DNA of 64,000 nucleotides from Arsenophonus sp. (GTDB lineage Bacteria; Pseudomonadota; Gammaproteobacteria; Enterobacterales; Enterobacteriaceae): NCBI GenBank assembly GCA_052401645.1, contig CP198939.1, positions 1,227,651 to 1,291,650 of the forward strand, read 5' to 3'. Shown piece by piece: positions 52,825 to 61,805 of this stretch (position 1 is its first letter; each line of letters starts with the position of its first letter). The notes under the pieces were generated by a model. It saw only the letters and a program-made list of their open reading frames with translations, ran no database searches and was not told where the DNA came from. The position numbers and the translations under genes were made by a program.

Positions 52825-53406
52825 ATGAAATCAATAATATTATTAACTATCATTAATATAATCATTTATTTTATAATAAATCAACCTTACGCATTAGCAT
52901 ATGATAATTGTAATATCAGTATTTCACCTCTTCAAATCAATTATGGTGATATAACATCCGATTTATTATATGATCAAGCAGAGAAAAATGATGAAGGGTT
53001 TATATTGACTCGATATGCTCTATTAGAAATAACTTGTATTAACAAAAAAGAATTTCAAATATACTTACATTCCTCTAAAGTAAATAATGAATATTTCAAT
53101 GCTAAAAATAATGTTAAAGTATTTATAATTGCTGATGAAATTCAAGCGAATGAGATGGATAAAGAATACATTATATTTTTGACCACAATGGAAGGACATA
53201 AAATAGATTTTCGAGTAAATAGTGAATGGATTCCAGGACAGATATTAGAAATCAATAAACCATTAACTAAACTAGCTGTTAAAATAAAAATAAAATTTTT
53301 GATACCTTATAACATATTTAAAAATGAAACTTCATTGAATTTTCAAAAGATATTTAATTTCTTACTTCGCTCAAAAATAAAAAATCAAGAAAAAATCGAT
53401 ATTTAA
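52825..53406 (+). CDS. second secreted pilin-like subunit (193 aa), paralogous to the first and lacking an N-terminal extension; candidate tip subunit or adhesin
   Basis: The track ORF starts at a TTG at 52795. I prefer the ATG at 52825, which is preceded by GAGGA and begins a clean signal peptide MKSIILLTIINIIIYFIINQPYALA|YDNC. The first-Cys block CNISISPLQINYGDITSDLL aligns with CNIILSKNNIDVGNIKYREL of the first subunit. The second Cys lies in LLEITC, against LIVEC in the first subunit. Confidence 0.7.
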   Translation: MKSIILLTIINIIIYFIINQPYALAYDNCNISISPLQINYGDITSDLLYDQAEKNDEGFILTRYALLEITCINKKEFQIYLHSSKVNNEYFNAKNNVKVFIIADEIQANEMDKEYIIFLTTMEGHKIDFRVNSEWIPGQILEINKPLTKLAVKIKIKFLIPYNIFKNETSLNFQKIFNFLLRSKIKNQEKIDI

Positions 53407-53413
53407 AATCCAT

Positions 53414-53449
53414 AGTAAGTAATAATTCACTAATTATTTACTTATTTTT
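53414..53449 (+). terminator. hairpin plus T-tract directly after the last pilus gene (candidate intrinsic terminator)
   Basis: 53414-53427 pairs with 53432-53446 as 7+7 bp with one bulged T (one pair is a G-U wobble) and loop CACT. The stem runs into TTTTT (53445-49). It starts 8 nt after the stop codon. Confidence 0.35.
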
Positions 53450-55373
53450 ATAAAATAATTAAATTCATTTATAATTATAGAAATAAAAATCTTAAATATA
53501 TTTTTTTTAAAAATATAGAAATACTATATATTATATACATTAAATTCCTTAAAGGTAGATTTATAGATATTTATAATTTTTTCAATAAATAGTAATTTTA
53601 ATATATGTACACATTAATTAATGAAGGTAGAGTTTAATGCAATATATAATTGTATTTCTTATTTAATATTATCTCAGTTAAAATATTATATAATAATTAT
53701 TATTATATCAACTTAATGTATAAGAGAAAGATATTATATACAGGTTATTTTTTTATATTTTTTAATAGAAATTATCATTAAAATTAAATAATATCTATAA
53801 TAAACTTTATAAACTGTGAAATAAGCAAAATGCTATTACTTATATTTTAAGTGACTTACAATTAATGATATTTAATTTTTTATTTGGATTTTAATATGAA
53901 ATTATTTAAAATAAGTTGTATAGAAAATACTTAATTTATAATCTATTTTATAGATTATAAGTATAATATAGTCAATAGATACTATTTAAATTAAATAAAA
54001 TTTCTTAATTCATAATTTAATTAATAATAATTATTTATTATTTTATTTTATAAAAATAATGTGAAAATAATATAGGAGTATAAATATAGATTCCTTTATT
54101 TGAAAATGTTATAAAATATAAAAAATATTAATTTAGAATAATATTCTTTCATATTATTAATCGTAAAGACGATTTTATTATTTAAAAATTAAATTAAGTT
54201 TATATAAATATAGATTTATTTATAAACAATAAAATCAAAATATATCACAAAATATTAAGATAAATAATAAAAACTAAATTATAAATCAATATGTTAATTA
54301 TTTTTGAATAAATAATTAATAATACTTATTTTATAATATAAATTAACTAAATATTTAATGACGTATAAAACAAATATGTTTATATCGTCAAATAAAGTTA
54401 CTTATTATAATAATAATTTAGTTAAAAATCAATAAAATTGAATATTGAATCTTTTTTAAAACTAATAAGAAGTATAAGAGATAATATTAAACTTAAATTT
54501 TAAAAAAAATAAAATGGTTTATTAAGATTTTAATTATAAAAATGTTATAGAACTTATATTAAATTTTGATTATATAAGATAGTATTGAGATTAGTATTGA
54601 AATACTAATGCTATTAGAGATTTTTTTGTACTTTCTTTTAGTTACTTATAAAAAATAAAGAGAAAATATATACACCTAATATGTTAGCGAGAGATAACAC
54701 ATGCTATTAAATGTTATGTATTTTCTATTAAAATAACTTAATATAAATTATCTAATAATATTCTAATATAATTTAGTTAAAAGTAACTATGTCTATATTA
54801 ATTAATCTAAGCATTAATTTAATTAATGATATTTTATATTTTAAAAATATTTTAAAAGTTTTAAAAAAATATTAATATTTAAATATTTTATATTTCTGTT
54901 GATATTTTTATTTTAACTTATAAGTGAATGGTTGAAATATGTTTTGGTATTTTGGGTATTTAAATAAACTTATTAATTTTATTAATTAACATAGTTTAAC
55001 ATTTCATAAAGAAATTATTTTTAAATAAAAAACTTTATTTTTATAATATATAATAATTAAAAAGAATTTAATAATTATTTGATTAGGAAAATTATCTTCA
55101 TTAATAAATTTAAATTTAGATAACGAAATTAATATAAAAATATTATAAAGATTAAAATAAAAAATTGAAAATTATCAAATTATATATTTATTATATCAAT
55201 TCCGATTATTTATGAAACTTTATAAAAATTATATAAATAATTCATCATTATTGAATAAATAGTTTCTTTGTAAATTTTTAATAATAAATTTTTATTTTAA
55301 AAAAAATATTTCATATAATATATTTATTAAGTTATCAATTTTATTAATAAAAATATAAAGGAAAATAGTTATC

Positions 55374-56048
55374 ATGTCTATTATACTAACTTGGTATGAT
55401 ATTATTAGCCAAGAAAAAAAACAAGACTACTTACGTAGTATTTTAATTTATATTAATAAAGCACGAGAAAAAGGTACGATAATTTTTCCACCAGAAAAAG
55501 ATGTCTTCAATGCCTTTAGTTATACAGAATTAAGCAAAGTAAAAGTTGTGATATTAGGACAAGATCCTTATCATAACTTTAATCAAGCTCATGGTCTCTC
55601 ATTCTCAGTTAAACCAGGTGTTCCAATACCACCATCATTATTTAATATATATAAAGAACTAACAAAAGATATTCATAATTTCCAATATCCGAATCACGGT
55701 TATCTGGTTTGTTGGGCACAACAAGGAGTTTTATTATTAAATACAATTTTAACTGTTGAAGAAAAAAAAGCACATTCGCATGCACATCTTGGTTGGGAAA
55801 TATTTACAGATAAAATAATTCAAATAATAAACCAACACCAACATGGTACGATTTTTTTATTATGGGGGTCTCATGCGCATAAAAAAGGTAAATTTATTGA
55901 TAGTAGGAAACACTTTATCCTTAAAGCACCTCATCCTTCACCACTCTCTGCTCATAGGGGTTTCTTTGGTTGTAAACATTTTTCAAAAACTAATAAAATA
56001 CTAATAAAACAAGGAAGATGTCCTATTAATTGGACTCCGTTTATTTAA
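55374..56048 (+). CDS. ung: uracil-DNA glycosylase
   Basis: 224 aa. Contains [10 protein letters not shown] (catalytic Asp), IPPSL, GVLLLNT and [17 protein letters not shown] (catalytic His). Collinear with E. coli Ung. Confidence 0.96.
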   Translation: MSIILTWYDIISQEKKQDYLRSILIYINKAREKGTIIFPPEKDVFNAFSYTELSKVKVVILGQDPYHNFNQAHGLSFSVKPGVPIPPSLFNIYKELTKDIHNFQYPNHGYLVCWAQQGVLLLNTILTVEEKKAHSHAHLGWEIFTDKIIQIINQHQHGTIFLLWGSHAHKKGKFIDSRKHFILKAPHPSPLSAHRGFFGCKHFSKTNKILIKQGRCPINWTPFI

Positions 56049-56097
56049 ACGTAATAAACTAAATTTTATAACCCATATTAGTAACATTATTTTTAAT

Positions 56098-56709
56098 TTA
56101 TTTTTTATTTTTTGAGACAATTACCATCGCAGGACGCAATAATCGTCCATTTAATGTATAACCTTTCTGCATAACATCAATAACTTGATTAGATTCATGT
56201 TCATCAGAATCAATAGTTGTCATCGCTTGATGTAATTCAGGATTAAAAGGTATATCCTTCTCCACTACTACTTGAATTCCATATTTATTAATAGTAGTTA
56301 AAAAAGACTTTAGTGTTAATTCGAGACCTTCAAGCATTGACATTGTTTCATTTTTTTTTTGATTAACAAGTTCAATTGCTCTTTCTAAGTTATCAATCAC
56401 TGGTAATAATTCATTAGCAAATTGTTCCAAAGAAAATTTGTGTATTTTTTCAATATCTTGTTCAGTACGACGTCGAATATTTTCGATTTCAGCTTTAGCA
56501 CGTAACAAAGTTTCACGTTCACGTTTTTGCGCTTCAAGAAGTTTTTGTTCTAATTCAATAATACGCGTATTAATTAATACTTCATCTTCAAAATTCATTG
56601 ACTGTTTTGTGTTAACAAAATCTTCATTTTCCTCATTTTTTTTAGACTTTTTAAATTCTTTTTCTTTTAGTATTTGTTCGTCGTCTATTTCATGATCTTT
56701 ACTGCTCAT
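56098..56709 (-). CDS. grpE: nucleotide exchange factor GrpE
   Basis: MSSKDHE... (E. coli has MSSKEQ...), then [23 protein letters not shown] and [16 protein letters not shown]. The track ORF starts at a GTG (56721). The conserved ATG at 56709 is preceded by GGAG with a 6-nt gap. Confidence 0.94.
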   Translation of the reverse strand: MSSKDHEIDDEQILKEKEFKKSKKNEENEDFVNTKQSMNFEDEVLINTRIIELEQKLLEAQKRERETLLRAKAEIENIRRRTEQDIEKIHKFSLEQFANELLPVIDNLERAIELVNQKKNETMSMLEGLELTLKSFLTTINKYGIQVVVEKDIPFNPELHQAMTTIDSDEHESNQVIDVMQKGYTLNGRLLRPAMVIVSKNKK

Positions 56710-56754
56710 CAGTATCTCCACATTCTATTAGCATTAATAAACATTATTAGTTTA

Positions 56755-56782
56755 ATATTGGGATAAAATTTTCAGATTCAAG
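56755..56782 (-). promoter_or_regulatory. sigma-32 (heat-shock) type promoter of grpE
   Basis: The gene strand reads gCTTGAAt-14 nt-CCCAATAT, against the consensus CTTGAAA-N13-15-CCCCATNT. The -35 is at 56782-56777 and the -10 at 56762-56755, ending 46 nt before the ATG. It lies in the 103-nt grpE/nadK divergent region. Confidence 0.6.
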
Positions 56783-56812
56783 CAAACATGCTGACATCTA
56801 AAAGGAAAAACT

Positions 56813-57739
56813 ATGTTTGTCGGAAAAGAAACAAAAAAATCATTATTTAAATATATTGGAATTGTTGGTCACCCTAGACATCCACAAGCACTAGCAACTC
56901 ATAAAAAACTTTATGACTGGTTACGATCAAAAAAATATAAAGTAATTATTGAGCAACAAATTACCCAACAATTAAAGTTGAAAAATGCTATTGTAGGCGG
57001 ATTAACAAAAATTGGTAAAATAGCAGATTTGATTATCGTTGTTGGTGGTGATGGTAATATGTTAGGAGCTTCCCGTATACTTTCACGGTATGAAAATAAA
57101 GTCATAGGTATTAATCGCGGTAACCTTGGTTTCTTAACTGATATTATGGCAGATAATGCACTAAAACAACTAACAGAAGTGTTATCTGGCCATTTTTTTG
57201 AAGAAAATCGGTTCTTATTAGAAGTTAATATTAGAAAAAAAAATCATAAACCCCGTATTAGCACTGCAATTAATGAAGTCATTTTACATCAAGGCAAAGT
57301 GGCACATATGATTGAATTTGAAGTTTATATTGATGATCGCTTCGCTTTTTCTCAACGTTCAGATGGATTAATTATTACTACACCTACTGGTTCAACCGCT
57401 TACTCACTCTCTGCTGGAGGCCCTATACTTACCTCAAATCTTGAAGTTATCGCGTTAGTACCTATGTTCCCTCATGCCCTTTCATCGCGACCGTTAGTCA
57501 TTAGCAGTAATAGCAATATTAAATTAAAATTTAAACAAAAAAATATCGATTATAAAATCAGTTGTGACAGCCAAATTGTTTTATCAATACAAGATGATGA
57601 TGAAGTATTAATTAAAAAAAGTAGTAAAAAACTCAATCTTATCCATCCAAAAGATTACAATTATTTTGATGTATTAAGCTCAAAATTAGGCTGGTCAAAA
57701 AAAATATTTTTATTTTTAATTGCAATTTTGTCATATTAA
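56813..57739 (+). CDS. nadK: NAD kinase
   Basis: 308 aa. Contains [33 protein letters not shown] and [16 protein letters not shown]. Collinear with E. coli NadK (292 aa), with short extensions at both ends. Confidence 0.95.
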   Translation: MFVGKETKKSLFKYIGIVGHPRHPQALATHKKLYDWLRSKKYKVIIEQQITQQLKLKNAIVGGLTKIGKIADLIIVVGGDGNMLGASRILSRYENKVIGINRGNLGFLTDIMADNALKQLTEVLSGHFFEENRFLLEVNIRKKNHKPRISTAINEVILHQGKVAHMIEFEVYIDDRFAFSQRSDGLIITTPTGSTAYSLSAGGPILTSNLEVIALVPMFPHALSSRPLVISSNSNIKLKFKQKNIDYKISCDSQIVLSIQDDDEVLIKKSSKKLNLIHPKDYNYFDVLSSKLGWSKKIFLFLIAILSY

Positions 57740-59529
57740 AATGATGAATATTATTTATTGTTAATGACTTTATTTTAAATAAAAAGAAGTCATATAATTT
57801 CATATTCAAGATAATAATTAATATTATTTTGACTTAATATAAATTATATAAAATAAATTATAATCGATATATTAAGTTATGTTTATAAAAACTCTATAAC
57901 TTATATTAATATTATATTAGTGATGATGTTCCATTTTATTCTTATGCAAAAATTCGTATATACTATTTTTTTGTTGATATGTTTTAAAATATTATTAAAT
58001 AAAATTATAAATTAAATAGAATAATAAATATATGTATTACATAAAATTATTACTACTGATGTAATATGGTATTTATACTTAATACTTATTAAATAGAAGA
58101 TTAGATATAAATTATGTAATTCTATTTTTAGAATTACATAATTTATAATATTGTATTTAAATAATATAAAATCATTAATCATTATTAATGATTAATTAAT
58201 TACTAATTACGTAAACAAAAAAATTATTTTTAAAATAAAAATTAATATAGAAAAATTAAAATCAATATTTTATAAAGAATTAATAAAATTTCAATAATAA
58301 TCATCTTTAATATTATCATATTTAACGATTTATTAAATAAATTATTTAAAATAATTGAAATTTATATTTTGAGAATTTAAATAAATATCAAGAAAATTAT
58401 AAAAATGTTAAAGAACTAATAAATTTTAAAAAAATATTTTTTAAAGTTAAAATAAATTAATAAATTATCAATAGTAATAAATAAAGAAATAGAATATTAA
58501 TTCTCATATTAACTTTTAAATAAAGAAATTAATAAACTTTTACTTCTATTAGAAATGAATTTAATCATTTAATTAATATCTTATTTCTAATAAGAAACAT
58601 TAATCTTATTTTATAAAATAAGTAATAAATTAAATTAATTATAATAATCATAAAATATATATTATCTAATAAACTTTTTAAATTATAAAAACATAGTAAT
58701 ATATAGCTAATAATATAAAATTATATCTGAATTGGTATTCAGAATAAATTAATAAAAAATATTTTTTAACTATATAAGTAATTATTTATCATGTTATATT
58801 AATATACATTAGAAAAATAAATAAATTTCATGAAATCTAATATGACATACAATTAAATTTAATTAATTAATAATGATATATACATTAGTTTTTAATATTT
58901 CATGAAATTTTAAGATAAATAAAAAATTTTAATTTTAAATCATTATAAAAAATGATAAAAAATTAAATAAAATTTTGAACCTTATTATAAAATATAATAG
59001 ATAACTAAATTAAAAATTTATAAAAATTATTTTTAATTTAAAATTAAATCTATTATATTAACTATATTAAAACAATAAAAGTTAAAAATTAATATCGTTA
59101 ATTTTTTTTTTAAAAAAAAAAGTTAAAGTCAATACGATTAATCGTCATATATTATATGGATTTTAAATTTATTATCTGAATTAGATAATAAATTAAAATT
59201 TAATTTTATTCTAAATTAATTTAAGTTAAATATAATATAGAAATATCATAATTTATTTAAAAAATAAACCTATAATTATATAATAATAATATAATATATA
59301 AAATAGAAATATAAATAAAATTTATAAATAAAAACTTAATTAGATAAAATTCTATAATACTAATCAGTTTTAAAGAAAATAAGAAAAGAAAAACATTATA
59401 AAATAATTAAAATATGCATATTATATAAAATATTAAACTTGAATATATTATAAGTGATATAAAACTTAAAAAGTTTTTAATTTTATAAATTATCTATTAT
59501 TACAGATAATTTAATTATTAAAGGAATAT
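57740..59529 (+). pseudogene. recN: ORF-free 1.79-kb spacer at the position of recN (inferred eroded gene remnant)
   Basis: The evidence is positional only. The enterobacterial order is nadK-recN-bamE, and recN is ~1.66 kb. Here the slot is 1790 bp of AT-rich DNA with no ORF in the track. Confidence 0.35.
58106..58147. repeat. perfect 19-bp stem with a 4-nt loop (42 nt)
   Basis: tataaattatgtaattcta-tttt-tagaattacataatttata. Pairs 58106/58147 through 58124/58129 were all checked. Confidence 0.95.
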
Positions 59530-59877
59530 ATGATCATACATTTTAAACTATTAATTTCTATTGCTATACTTGCTTCTATTTTAACAACGAGTTGTTCTAT
59601 ATTAGAACGAGTTGTTTATAATCCTAATATTAATCAAGGCAACTATCTTTCTGCATATAATATTTCAAAAATCAAAAATGGGATGACTCAAGAACAAATA
59701 ATTTATATATTAGGAACTCCGATGCTAAAAGAACTTTTTGGTGAACAAATTTGGTATTATATTTTTCGTCAACAACTTAACTATAAAAAAATTAAACAAC
59801 AAACACTAATAATTACTTTTGATATAAATGGTATTTGTGTTAATATTAAGAATAAAATTAGCTTATTAACAATATAG
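59530..59877 (+). CDS. bamE: outer-membrane assembly lipoprotein BamE (SmpA)
   Basis: 115 aa. Lipobox ILTTS|C. Contains ERVVYNPNINQGNYL, GMTQEQIIYILGTP and WYYIFRQQ. Collinear with E. coli BamE (113 aa). Confidence 0.9.
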   Translation: MIIHFKLLISIAILASILTTSCSILERVVYNPNINQGNYLSAYNISKIKNGMTQEQIIYILGTPMLKELFGEQIWYYIFRQQLNYKKIKQQTLIITFDINGICVNIKNKISLLTI

Positions 59878-59908
59878 AGAAAATAATCTATCTCATATAA
59901 TATTTTCA

Positions 59909-59946
59909 AGACTATTAATATTTGTTAAAATAAACATCAATAGTCT
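59909..59946. terminator. hairpin between the convergent genes bamE and ratB (possible bidirectional terminator)
   Basis: AGACTATT (59909-16) pairs with AATAGTCT (59939-46) across a 22-nt loop that can itself form a 4-bp stem. This is the only structure in the 116-nt convergent gap. There is no clear U-tract. Confidence 0.2.
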
Positions 59947-59993
59947 CGTTTATATATCTAGAATTGTATAAAAAAGCTAAATTGATACTTAAA

Positions 59994-60317
59994 TCATCTA
60001 TTAATAAGTAATTTATTAAGATTTTTTTTAAATTTTTCTGCACGTTTACGACGTATTTCTTTTGGATTATAAAGCAAGGAGCGATAAATTTCAATACGAT
60101 CACCTTCGGATAAGATATCTGATAATTTAGCTAATTTACCATAAAAACCAACTTTATTTTTATTTAAATCAATATCATCACAAATCGATAAAATACCTGA
60201 TTTTATAATCGCTTCTTCAATACTAATTTCATTTTTTAACTTTACATATAACAAAAAATGCCTATCTGGCAATGCATAAATAATTTCAATATTTATTTTA
60301 ACCACAATAAACCTCAT
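59994..60317 (-). CDS. ratB: UPF0125/RnfH-family protein RatB (YfjF)
   Basis: IEIIYALPDRHFL...IEEAIIKSGIL...IDLNKNKVGFYGKLAKLSDILSEGDRIEIYRSLLYNPKEIRRKRAEK is collinear with E. coli YfjF as I remember it. The exact start is uncertain, and the ORF overlaps the ratA 3' end by 20 nt. Confidence 0.8.
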   Translation of the reverse strand: MRFIVVKINIEIIYALPDRHFLLYVKLKNEISIEEAIIKSGILSICDDIDLNKNKVGFYGKLAKLSDILSEGDRIEIYRSLLYNPKEIRRKRAEKFKKNLNKLLINR

Positions 60318-60732
60318 GAGCGCGTTTAGTAAAAGATTGCATTATATTTTTAGTCAACTCTTTTAAAAAGAGATCAAAAGCGAATTCAATAAGTTTATTA
60401 GTAAATTCAAAATCAAGATATAATTCTACTTTACACGTGTTTTTATTTAAAGGTATAAATAACCAATTACCTATTAACTTACGAAATGGTCCTTTTACTA
60501 ACTGCATTTGAATACTTTTATTATCTTGTAATATATTATGAGTAATAAAACTATTTGTAATACCAGATTCAGAAACTTTAATCAATGCGATCATTTCATT
60601 ATTAACATAACTTAATATCTGACTATCAAGACAACCACATAAAAATTGAGAATATGAATTTACATCATTGATTAAATTATACATTTTCTCTACACTATAA
60701 ATTACTAATACAGATTGATTAATCTTCGGCAT
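60298..60732 (-). CDS. ratA: SRPBCC-family ribosome-association protein RatA (YfjG/PasT)
   Basis: MPKINQSVLVIYSVEKMYNLINDVNSYSQFL...LVKGPFRKLIGNWLF...LDFEFTNKLIEFAF is collinear with E. coli RatA. I set the start at the ATG at 60732, which is Met8 of the track ORF and corresponds to the conserved MPQISR start. Confidence 0.85.
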   Translation of the reverse strand: MPKINQSVLVIYSVEKMYNLINDVNSYSQFLCGCLDSQILSYVNNEMIALIKVSESGITNSFITHNILQDNKSIQMQLVKGPFRKLIGNWLFIPLNKNTCKVELYLDFEFTNKLIEFAFDLFLKELTKNIMQSFTKRAHEVYCG

Positions 60733-60891
60733 AATCTTTTTTTCACTATTCAAATCAAAAAAATAATAATTTTGATAAATAATTAAATAAAAATTTAAAA
60801 CAATAACTTAGTTTAATAAATATTTATTTATTATCAAATAATAAATCTTTATTGTGATATTTTTATGCCTACATAGTAGAAATTAAAAATT

Positions 60892-61377
60892 ATGAAAAAG
60901 AAAAATAGATATAAAGCTAGTTTAGAAACAATTATTTTAAATAAAAAAGCTCATCATGAATATTTTATCAATGAAGAAATTGAAGCAGGTTTATCTTTAA
61001 TGGGTTGGGAAGTTAAAGCACTACGTTCTGGTGGAAAAGTTAATATTGTTAATAGTTATGTTTTATTGAAAAACAAAGAGATGTATCTTATTGGTATAAC
61101 AATTACCCCATTAAAAATGGCTTCATCCCATATTGTTTGTGATCCAATTCGTGTGCGAAAATTATTATTGAATAAACGTGAACTTAATTCATTATTCAGT
61201 AAAATTAATTATAAAGGATATACAGCTATAGCGTTATCACTATACTGGAAAATGGCCTGGTGTAAAGTAAAAATTGGGATCGCAAAGGGTAAAAAAGAAC
61301 ATGATAAGCGTTCTTGTATTAAAGAAAAAGAATGGAAACTAGATAAATTAAGAGTTATAAAAAACTCAGAACAATAA
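60892..61377 (+). CDS. smpB: SsrA-binding protein SmpB
   Basis: 161 aa. Contains [44 protein letters not shown] and [23 protein letters not shown]. Collinear with E. coli SmpB (160 aa), and it sits directly upstream of ssrA. Confidence 0.96.
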   Translation: MKKKNRYKASLETIILNKKAHHEYFINEEIEAGLSLMGWEVKALRSGGKVNIVNSYVLLKNKEMYLIGITITPLKMASSHIVCDPIRVRKLLLNKRELNSLFSKINYKGYTAIALSLYWKMAWCKVKIGIAKGKKEHDKRSCIKEKEWKLDKLRVIKNSEQ

Positions 61378-61433
61378 TAATATAAAATATTAGTATTATT
61401 AATACTTTTATGGTAAAGTTAAAAAATAAACTT

Positions 61434-61805
61434 GGGGCTGATTATGGATTCGACGAAATTTATAAAACCCAAAGGTGCATGCCGAGGTGCGGTTGGCCTC
61501 GTAAAAAACCGCAAAAAATAGTCGCAAAAGACGATAATAACTACGCACTGGCAGCTTAAAACCTGAACAGAGCCCCTTTTTACCTAAACTATGCTCTTAA
61601 GTTGGTCAAAGAGTGGTCAAACATATATAAAATAAAAGAGATCGCGTGAATACCTAACCTGTGGTTGAAGCGTTAAATTTAATCAGGTTAGTCTGTTAGC
61701 AGTGTGTCTATTCACGGCTAATTGATGAATGTAAAGATCAGACTAAGCATGTAGTACCTAGGATATAGTGATTTTCGGACGTGGGTTCAACTCCCACCAG
61801 CTCCA
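61434..61805 (+). ncRNA. ssrA: tmRNA (SsrA)
   Basis: 5' GGGGCTGATTATGGATTCGACG..., the tRNA-like 3' end GGACGTGGGTTCAACTCCCACCAGCTCCA, and the interior all align to E. coli ssrA. The tag reading frame at 61524-61559 (GCA AAA GAC GAT AAT AAC TAC GCA CTG GCA GCT TAA) encodes AKDDNNYALAA. The gene is a sharp G+C island in AT-rich surroundings. The terminal CCA is not encoded; the next bases are gaaa. Confidence 0.97.

Noticed and set aside
56438-57105. 85-aa (+, 56438-56695) and 64-aa (-, 56911-57105) ORFs
   Set aside because: They are antisense shadows inside grpE and nadK respectively, with Ser/Phe/Ile-rich low-complexity translations.
58802-58912. Diverged ~35-nt direct repeat (atatacattag...atttcatgaaat at 58802 and again at 58878)
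   Set aside because: The two copies share only two short blocks (11 nt and 12 nt) 76 nt apart in A/T-rich DNA. This is most simply a small decayed local duplication, and I see no functional hint.
59915-60103. 62-aa ORF on the - strand
   Set aside because: It overlaps the 3' part of ratB in another frame and runs into the bamE/ratB spacer. It has no start context and a low-complexity sequence.
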